DNA of 11,793 bases from positions 1 to 11,793 of IMG/VR virus record IMGVR_UViG_3300022205_000042. One strand, written 5' to 3'. This document shows positions 6,276 to 11,788 of the stretch, piece by piece. The notes beneath the pieces are model-generated. The model had not been told where the DNA came from. It did not search any database and saw only the letters and a list, made by a program, of their open reading frames with translations. Numbering within the stretch: position 1 is the first letter of the stretch; each line of letters begins with the position of its first letter. The translations under genes and the position numbers were made by a program. This DNA comes from a virus.

Positions 6276-6356
6276 CACTGCGAAGCAGTGTTTAGAAAGA
6301 AATTAGATTTCAGGAAAACCGAAGTTTTCCCTCAATCTGTTTTCTGCATCAGAAAA
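6276..6356. other. Three tandem perfect hairpins in the large non-coding region
   Basis: Hairpin 1 is 6276-6290 (cactgc gaa gcagtg). Hairpin 2 is 6313-6330 (ggaaaac cgaa gttttcc), which on the minus strand reads as a C(UUCG)G tetraloop. Hairpin 3 is 6340-6356 (ttttctg cat cagaaaa). Their function is unknown. Confidence 0.6.
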
Positions 6357-6400
6357 TAATCAATTAGAATATATAAATCTTTCTATCCTGCAAACACAAA

Positions 6401-6410
6401 GTATATATAC
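6401..6410 (+). promoter_or_regulatory. TATA-like box (gtatatatac) about 26 nt upstream of the plus-strand ATG at 6432; candidate leaderless promoter
   Basis: The spacing from the TATA centre to the ATG is about 26-27 nt, which matches archaeal TATA-to-TSS spacing. No SD lies between them. The region is AT-rich, so chance TATA-like strings are common. Confidence 0.35.
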
Positions 6411-6431
6411 AACAATACAAAAGGACAATTT

Positions 6432-6569
6432 ATGCAGATATTGTATAAAAACAGTTTTCTAGAATTTCTAAGAAGAGGGAAACCTTCTGACACTTATACC
6501 CTCTATGTTGCAAAGGTGAGTAATTTTCTAAATTCTCTAATTTGCAGGGTAGAGAAGGGGCAAAGATAA
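6432..6569 (+). CDS. Plus-strand mini-ORF (45 aa, MQILYKNSFLEFLRRGKPSDTYTLYVAKVSNFLNSLICRVEKGQR). Resembles the N-terminal SAM-like core-binding segment of tyrosine recombinases; could be a remnant or a small regulator.
   Basis: Hand translation. The pattern F-LEFL-R-G-S-DT---Y---V--FL resembles the XerC/D and phage-integrase N-terminal motif. No catalytic domain follows. It is the only plausible plus-strand gene. Confidence 0.3.
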   Translation: MQILYKNSFLEFLRRGKPSDTYTLYVAKVSNFLNSLICRVEKGQR

Positions 6570-6638
6570 CTTAGATAACTAACTGTTTTTACTATTATAA
6601 AATAGTCCTAATTCTCTAATTATATAATAATAATAGTA

Positions 6639-6661
6639 GGGGGGTTTGGGGGGATTTTTTT
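6639..6661 (+). terminator. GGGGGGTTTGGGGGG followed by T7: possible oligo-T terminator for the plus-strand mini-gene
   Basis: Read directly: G6 at 6639-6644, G6 at 6648-6653, T7 at 6655-6661. There is no complementary C-run for a bacterial-type hairpin, so only an oligo-T (archaeal-style) termination model fits. Confidence 0.3.
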
Positions 6662-6872
6662 CTTTGCATAGGAAATGAAGGTTTTATAAAGAAAACTATT
6701 ATGATAGCATTATGGTGATTGCAAGATCTTCCAGGAGAGTAATTTTGCTATCAATTTAAAGATGGCCAGAATTTATTCGAAGAAAAAATGCCATCACTGG
6801 AAAGCATCACCAAAACCAGTGACGGCAAAATGTTATATTTTGATTAAATAGGGTGGTCTTTTTGATGTAAAT

Positions 6873-7127
6873 CTATGTTAATTTAGCAATTCCTGATCTA
6901 AGACCCATAAAAGCCAATCCTTCAAGTATTGTTCTTACCCCTTCTTGTTGTCCTAACTTGCCAAGAAATAGCCCTAATAAGCCCCATACGATTAGTCCAA
7001 AGCCAATTGCGTATGTTCTGTTACCTTCAAGTTCTTTGAAAATATGAACTATTGCATTATGTTCACTTTTTTTACTTTTATTTTTTAGATGTAATTCAAC
7101 ATCAATTTCAGTTTCTTTTTTATCCAT
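6873..7127 (-). CDS. Small membrane protein (84 aa); a holin-like role is possible
   Basis: It has the hydrophobic helix YAIGFGLIVWGLLGLFLGKL, a second amphipathic segment, and a charged N-terminus. It is the last gene of the long minus-strand operon and overlaps the upstream gene by 8 nt. Confidence 0.5.
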   Translation of the reverse strand: MDKKETEIDVELHLKNKSKKSEHNAIVHIFKELEGNRTYAIGFGLIVWGLLGLFLGKLGQQEGVRTILEGLAFMGLRSGIAKLT

Positions 7128-8496
7128 TAAAACTCCCTCCTGAATTTATATGTAATTCGCAGCCTGAGTTTATATAGACAAATTGATTTGTCCCAGTAAA
7201 CGTCCAATCTGCAGAAAGATAATTAATTCCGGATCCTGACATTGTTATATTTCCAGGTATAGTATCAGCACTAGACCAATCACAATTATCGCTACAATCG
7301 ACTGTATAGTCCCCTGATGCAGGCGGTGTGCAAGTGTCACTGACGTTTCCTTGTTCTACTACGAACCCAGAATCATTAAACTGTGTTATTAATGAATTAT
7401 TTATTGATGTTTCATTGCAAATGAAAACATTATCAGCGTGACCATGAAATACATTAGCATTTACGTTGTCTTGTCCTCCAATTAAATATGCTGCATTATT
7501 GTTTACTGAACCTGTTGATGCATCACATTGTTTTTGGATTCCGTCTACATATATACAAATGTGACTTGAATTATATGTGCATACAATATTGTGCCATAAT
7601 CCGTCTGTTTCATCAATTGCTCCTGAACTTTGAACTAGTGTATCAGTTAGTCCTTGAAATTCACATTTTGGTCTATTATCTGCATATACAATTTGGATTA
7701 ATGTAGTTCCTCCTATGACATAAGGTATTGTAGATCCACTGCTTGAATTTAATTTTATATGTGCCCCAAAGGACATTGTGGATCCAAAAGTAATTGTACC
7801 TGCATATTCAATTGTATTATCATTGTTATCAACACCATCATTTTCAGTACAATTTTGTTGCCAGCATGTACTTCCTGTTATATATTTTGGATATCCATTA
7901 GCTGCATTATCAAAAGTTAGATCTCTACCTTGGCTACCTCTGTCAACTACTCCACTTTGTGAAGTATCATCCATAAAATATAATGAACAATCATCAGGGA
8001 AATTTTCGTCTGTAAATTCGTAGTCAATTATTGTTGGATCGTATATTCCTTCTGTAATTACTTGGAATGTGTAATCATTTAATATATTAATTTTTACTGC
8101 ATCACGTAGTGTTTCGTATGTTTTGTTTTTTACTGTTTTATTGTATGGAATCCATTTGTTAGGGTAGTATAATGCAACACCGTTACATCCTAAGTTTCTT
8201 CCTTCTCTTTTAATTTTACAGTTTACTTTAACTGTTTCTATTGTAGATTTTAAATATCCATATTCTTTAGTTTTCCATATATCTTTTATTTGGTAGATTT
8301 TTGCAGTAGATTTAATCTTAAATGTTACGTTATTTTTTGTTAAGTTCATTTCATATGGAGATATCATTTTCAAATATTCACCATCTTTAAGGATCCTGTC
8401 AGATTCAATTGGAGAAAAATCTTCGATAATAGCAGCTTTTGTCATATAGCCAGCTAGAAGTAATGCTATTATCGAAGCTATGAGTATTTTTTTCAT
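7120..8496 (-). CDS. Secreted or membrane-anchored protein with a LamG/concanavalin-A-like lectin domain (458 aa); likely adhesion or receptor-binding
   Basis: The N-terminal signal-like segment is MKKILIASIIALLLAGYMTKAA. The LamG-type signature is DGLWHNIVCTYNSSHICIYVDGIQ...AYLIGG. The C-terminal part is Cys-rich (DTCTPPASGDYTVDCSDNCDW). SD is AGGTGA. Confidence 0.6.
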   Translation of the reverse strand: MKKILIASIIALLLAGYMTKAAIIEDFSPIESDRILKDGEYLKMISPYEMNLTKNNVTFKIKSTAKIYQIKDIWKTKEYGYLKSTIETVKVNCKIKREGRNLGCNGVALYYPNKWIPYNKTVKNKTYETLRDAVKINILNDYTFQVITEGIYDPTIIDYEFTDENFPDDCSLYFMDDTSQSGVVDRGSQGRDLTFDNAANGYPKYITGSTCWQQNCTENDGVDNNDNTIEYAGTITFGSTMSFGAHIKLNSSSGSTIPYVIGGTTLIQIVYADNRPKCEFQGLTDTLVQSSGAIDETDGLWHNIVCTYNSSHICIYVDGIQKQCDASTGSVNNNAAYLIGGQDNVNANVFHGHADNVFICNETSINNSLITQFNDSGFVVEQGNVSDTCTPPASGDYTVDCSDNCDWSSADTIPGNITMSGSGINYLSADWTFTGTNQFVYINSGCELHINSGGSFNG

Positions 8497-9453
8497 TCAA
8501 TTCACCTTTATAATCAGGGTAGTTGAATTTGCTCTTATGTATGCAGTTGTTCCGAATGATATATTTGAAGTATTCATGTCATGGTTATACATCTTTCCGC
8601 CTGTCCAGGTATCATCTTCAACTACAAGATCTGCTCCTGTTGCAGAAGTGTCACAATCAACAGTTGATGTTATGTTTGAGCATAGGTTGCTTTTTCCACT
8701 TCCTATTCTTACGCTTCCACTGCTCCAGAATCTATTGTGTCCTGTTCCTCCTTCATAGAAATTCATTTCTGTATCTGCTCCTTGTGTTTCAGATATAGCA
8801 AGCATCAAGTAATCGTTACTTGGTCCAGGATTTGCGTATAAATCCATAAAAGCACCTGTTGTATGTATTCCAAAATAGTTGCTTCCTTCTACATCACTAT
8901 CTATGTGCAAATCGTCATTTATTGCATTGAGTGTGAATCCAAGTCCGTTTGCTTTGTATCTTCCAATGCTTGCATTGCCAGTGATGTTAAAATCACCATC
9001 ATTTGCATAATTTAAATATGCAACATTTCCATCTGAACAGGATCCTGTAGCATTACAGTTTGAATCTGAAGCAGCTCCAACTCCTGTTAATTTAGATCCA
9101 TCACCATAGTAAAAATCTGCAGTTATATTATCTACTGCAGTAATTGATCCATTAACTGTTAAGGATCCATTTATGAAAAGTTCGTTGTTACTTGTGTAAA
9201 GGGCTAAGCCTCCTAGAATGATCATACTAGACAGTACAGCGATCATGGCATATACATTTTTCCATCTTTTTGCTGTAGATCCTAGATCGTATGTATTATC
9301 AACAGCTGCTAAAACATCTTCTGTAATATTTCCAAGATCTGAACCAGTTAAAGAATCAGCATAAGTTTTATTTACAACATCATTGCCATTCACAGGCGTT
9401 TTCTCTACGCTTAACTCTTGAAACGCTCCTGATTTTTCGACTATGTCTGGCAT
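8497..9453 (-). CDS. Tail-fibre-like protein (318 aa)
   Basis: It carries the motifs NTYDLGSTAKRWKNVY and FYYGDGSKLTGV, which I associate with phage fibre N-terminal regions, then Gly/Asn/Ser/Thr-rich beta-type sequence. The hydrophobic stretch AMIAVLSSMIILGGLALY is unusual for a fibre. Confidence 0.55.
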   Translation of the reverse strand: MPDIVEKSGAFQELSVEKTPVNGNDVVNKTYADSLTGSDLGNITEDVLAAVDNTYDLGSTAKRWKNVYAMIAVLSSMIILGGLALYTSNNELFINGSLTVNGSITAVDNITADFYYGDGSKLTGVGAASDSNCNATGSCSDGNVAYLNYANDGDFNITGNASIGRYKANGLGFTLNAINDDLHIDSDVEGSNYFGIHTTGAFMDLYANPGPSNDYLMLAISETQGADTEMNFYEGGTGHNRFWSSGSVRIGSGKSNLCSNITSTVDCDTSATGADLVVEDDTWTGGKMYNHDMNTSNISFGTTAYIRANSTTLIIKVN

Positions 9454-9535
9454 TTTAGGATGGGTAAGCAGTTTTTCGAGTTGCTCAGCTCAGAGTTCTG
9501 CAGTGGGCATGGATCGCCCAAGAACTATCTTAAAA

Positions 9536-9727
9536 TTAAGATTCTTGCACTGAGGTAATTAATTCCCAGCTTGTTGCTGCAGCAGCTGAAGCAGTACAGA
9601 AACATAATTTATCTTGTGTTGTGTCATAAATAATTGTTCCCTTTTCTGCAATCAGAGTATTTCTTACTGCAGTTGTCATTTTAGGTACAATTAAAGCACT
9701 TGGGTTAAGTGGTTCTCCAGCCATCAT
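9536..9727 (-). CDS. Small hypothetical virion-associated protein (63 aa)
   Basis: ATGA overlap with the upstream gene. The motif PKMTTAVRNTLIAEKGTIIYDTTQDKL...W resembles a short module I recall from bacterial and phage surface or fibre proteins. That recollection is unverified. Confidence 0.45.
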   Translation of the reverse strand: MMAGEPLNPSALIVPKMTTAVRNTLIAEKGTIIYDTTQDKLCFCTASAAAATSWELITSVQES

Positions 9728-9915
9728 GCACCAGCTCTTACTATCTTATATATCATCACTTGCGTTCCGTTTGCTATCGGAACTACTTGGAATGTTGTAG
9801 TGTCTGCTCCTGCAGTTGCAGCGCCAGTACTTTCAGAATCCATTGCAGTTTTTATTGCTGCAGCATCAACTGCATATGGACCCATTGTCGTCCATGTTAT
9901 ATCTCCAACTGCCAT
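9724..9915 (-). CDS. Small hypothetical protein (63 aa), Ala/Thr-rich
   Basis: Translationally coupled on both sides (TAATG upstream, ATGA downstream). No family recognised. Its position suggests a head-completion or neck component. Confidence 0.45.
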   Translation of the reverse strand: MAVGDITWTTMGPYAVDAAAIKTAMDSESTGAATAGADTTTFQVVPIANGTQVMIYKIVRAGA

Positions 9916-10127
9916 TATTTATCACCTGGTTTTTTATGTTCACCTGGTTTTTTTTCTTCAGGTTTTTGATGGTCTATCCTGCCATGTTCCTCTATGTATT
10001 CTGGAACATATTTTGCAAGATCTTTGTTTTTCTCTAACTTTGCTTTAGCTTTTGGAACGCCTTCATCTACATCTTTTTTAAGTTGTAGATAATGTGCTGC
10101 TAATCTCATTCTTGTTGCTTTAGTCAT
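9915..10127 (-). CDS. Small basic hypothetical protein (70 aa) with a Lys/Glu/Pro-rich tail
   Basis: It starts 1 nt after the capsid gene stop (TAAAATG). The C-terminus contains KPEEKKPGEHKKPGDK. No family recognised. Confidence 0.45.
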   Translation of the reverse strand: MTKATRMRLAAHYLQLKKDVDEGVPKAKAKLEKNKDLAKYVPEYIEEHGRIDHQKPEEKKPGEHKKPGDK

Positions 10128-10128
10128 T

Positions 10129-11001
10129 TTAAGCCCTCGTGTTAGAAATTAAGCATATTGCTTCGGGATCTGTGAGTTGTGTTACTCCAATTTCCCATGC
10201 TCTTACTACTGTGTGAACTCCTGGTTCTCTTTTTGTAACTACTGTTAGCGGATCAACTGCTTTCCATGTAGCAGCTTGTTTTTTTATGCCTACCATAGCA
10301 TAATCTGCTGTTACATTGTTGCTTTTTATTACGTCTAAACCGACTAATCTTCCGATTTTTCCGTTTCTTGTGACATCATCAGTCCAGAACTGACCTGCAT
10401 TTCTGACGTTTGCATTACCAAGCAATTTTGCAATGTCGGTTCCATTCGCTATGAAGAAACCGTCTGAGTCAGGATCATAGTTATCTGCATCTATAAGAGC
10501 TTTTGCGTCTAGTAGATTTTGAATAGGATCTCTATTTGCAACAGTTGCTGAATCCCATTCAGAGCCTGCTGCTATTGCAAGACTGTTAATGTTTGATGGA
10601 CTTTGACTTTCTGAGATTACATCCCAAATTTCAGCGTCTACTGATTTAACAACTCCTCTTGCTATTCTTAAGAGTGTTCTTGCTATTACATCAACAGCAT
10701 TTGTTTTCTCATCTTCGTATGAGATAACACCTTGTAAACCATGTTTAACTTGTCTACTGCTTTGTTTTGTCCAGGTTACTTCTGCATGAGGAAATTTAGC
10801 TAGTCTAGCTACTCCTTTTACATTTCTTGTTCCGCTTGCAGAAAGATCTGCTGCGGTTTCTTGGTAGTAGCTTTCAGTCCATGCTGAACTACCAACTGTC
10901 ATAACCAATGCTTTAAATTTATAATTTGCTAAAGCAAATCCTTTAACTATTCTTGAAACATTTTCTGCCCTTAAATCTGCCATTCCTGTTGAGTCTGCCA
11001 T
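10129..11001 (-). CDS. Major capsid protein, HK97-fold type (290 aa)
   Basis: Its position directly follows the scaffold-like and DUF2190-like genes, and both its size and composition are typical of compact HK97-fold capsid proteins. The SD AGGTG is embedded in the end of the upstream gene. The family call rests on context and general resemblance. Confidence 0.7.
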   Translation of the reverse strand: MADSTGMADLRAENVSRIVKGFALANYKFKALVMTVGSSAWTESYYQETAADLSASGTRNVKGVARLAKFPHAEVTWTKQSSRQVKHGLQGVISYEDEKTNAVDVIARTLLRIARGVVKSVDAEIWDVISESQSPSNINSLAIAAGSEWDSATVANRDPIQNLLDAKALIDADNYDPDSDGFFIANGTDIAKLLGNANVRNAGQFWTDDVTRNGKIGRLVGLDVIKSNNVTADYAMVGIKKQAATWKAVDPLTVVTKREPGVHTVVRAWEIGVTQLTDPEAICLISNTRA

Positions 11002-11002
11002 T

Positions 11003-11404
11003 TTACACCTTTATCCTGCATTGGATTACTTCACTTGCTGATGCTGTTTCCAACGCATATCCACATACTGTTCCGCCTTCTGCTTCACCTGCAGCTACTT
11101 GTTTTACAAGGTTTGCTCCACCAACTGTTATTGGAAGACCCACTGTAATTCCAGCACCTGAGTCTTTTATATCAAATATACCATTTGTATATACTCCAAG
11201 TGTTGTCTGTCCATCACTTGCGACTTTTTCTGTTGCTGCAATACCAATAAGAATATCTCCATCTGCAGAAGTTGCAGCTCCTGTTCTAGGATCACTCAGT
11301 TTTAAGAGTGTACCTTTTTCTATTGTTGCTCCATCTGCTACTGTAACTTCTATAACGTCTCCCTCATTTCCTAATAATTCAACTATGACTGCTTCATTTG
11401 CCAT
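11003..11404 (-). CDS. DUF2190-like protein (head decoration or capsid-associated), 133 aa from the ATG at 11404
   Basis: The pattern GTLLKLS...GDILIGIAATEKVASDGQTTLGVYTNGIFDIK...ITVGLPITV...GYALETASASEVIQCRIKV matches my memory of DUF2190 proteins found just upstream of capsid genes. The track start at 11407 is a TTG. The ATG at 11404 sits 5 nt after GAGGTG. Confidence 0.6.
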   Translation of the reverse strand: MANEAVIVELLGNEGDVIEVTVADGATIEKGTLLKLSDPRTGAATSADGDILIGIAATEKVASDGQTTLGVYTNGIFDIKDSGAGITVGLPITVGGANLVKQVAAGEAEGGTVCGYALETASASEVIQCRIKV

Positions 11405-11439
11405 CAAAACACCTCAATTAAAAAAATAATTGAAACTAG

Positions 11440-11457
11440 TATATAAATTTTGCTATC
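11440..11457 (-). promoter_or_regulatory. BRE/TATA-like promoter GATAGCAAAATTTATATA for the capsid/fibre operon
   Basis: Minus-strand reading of plus tatataaattttgctatc. The TATA centre is about 40 nt upstream of the ATG at 11404, with GAGGTG between them. It lies in the only gap (51 nt) between the scaffold-like and DUF2190-like genes. Confidence 0.6.
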
Positions 11458-11458
11458 T

Positions 11459-11788
11459 TTAGTCAGGGAACGCCATTTTCTCAAATCCAGTTCCTTTTAG
11501 CAAATTTTTTGCACCTTCAATTTCTTTTTCTTCCTCAGTAGGTTGATGTACTTGACCAAATCCGCCCATCTTTGCCTCTGCAGCTGCTTTATCAAATTCC
11601 TGTATTTTTAGATCTAATGCTTTTTCTTTTTCTTCTAGAGCTTTTCCTCTATCTTCAATTTTCTGCAAGATCTCTTCTGCTTTTTTTATTGCTGGGAGAT
11701 TTTTTTCTTCTTTCTCTTCCGTTTGCTCTTCTGTTGTCTCCTCTGTTTGTTTTTCTGTTTCCTTTTGTTGTGTTTCATTGTCTGTCAT
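11459..11788 (-). CDS. Scaffolding-like protein (109 aa), highly charged and coiled-coil
   Basis: It has a Glu/Lys/Thr/Gln-rich N-terminus and heptad-like helices (AEEILQKIEDRGKALEEKEKALDLKIQEF). It lies between the portal gene (across the circular junction) and the capsid genes. Its first 122 nt are duplicated at 1-122. Confidence 0.5.
   Translation of the reverse strand: MTDNETQQKETEKQTEETTEEQTEEKEEKNLPAIKKAEEILQKIEDRGKALEEKEKALDLKIQEFDKAAAEAKMGGFGQVHQPTEEEKEIEGAKNLLKGTGFEKMAFPD

Noticed and set aside
6762-6851. A plus-strand 29-aa basic ORF (MARIYSKKKCHHWKASPKPVTAKCYILIK) starts just after a GATAGCAAAATT copy.
   Set aside because: It is too short to support, has no SD or TATA at an appropriate distance, and has no recognisable motif.
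7120-9453. I looked for a diversity-generating retroelement signature, meaning a template/variable repeat pair at the 3' ends of the LamG-like or fibre-like genes, and for retron or group II intron features.
   Set aside because: I noticed no near-identical 80-150-bp repeat pair, and there is no reverse transcriptase anywhere in the genome. An exhaustive repeat search would still need a computer.
456-11429. Many plus-strand ORFs of 60-170 aa lie inside minus-strand genes, for example 456-647, 933-1127, 1251-1757, 1767-2108, 3511-3942, 7488-7706, 8480-8798, 9709-10048 and 10953-11429.
   Set aside because: All lie antisense to longer ORFs that have recognisable motifs and SD sequences. Their translations are Leu/Ser/Phe/Cys-rich, which is typical of shadow frames of AT-rich genes.
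11440-11490. A bacterial sigma70 reading of the capsid-operon promoter: CTGACT, 17 nt spacer, TATACT.
   Set aside because: It is plausible for this copy alone. The same model fails at the near-identical element at 6225-6243, where TTGATA has no acceptable -10 at 16-18 nt, and at 2588-2601. The BRE/TATA reading fits all of them with constant geometry. This is not excluded, only judged less likely.
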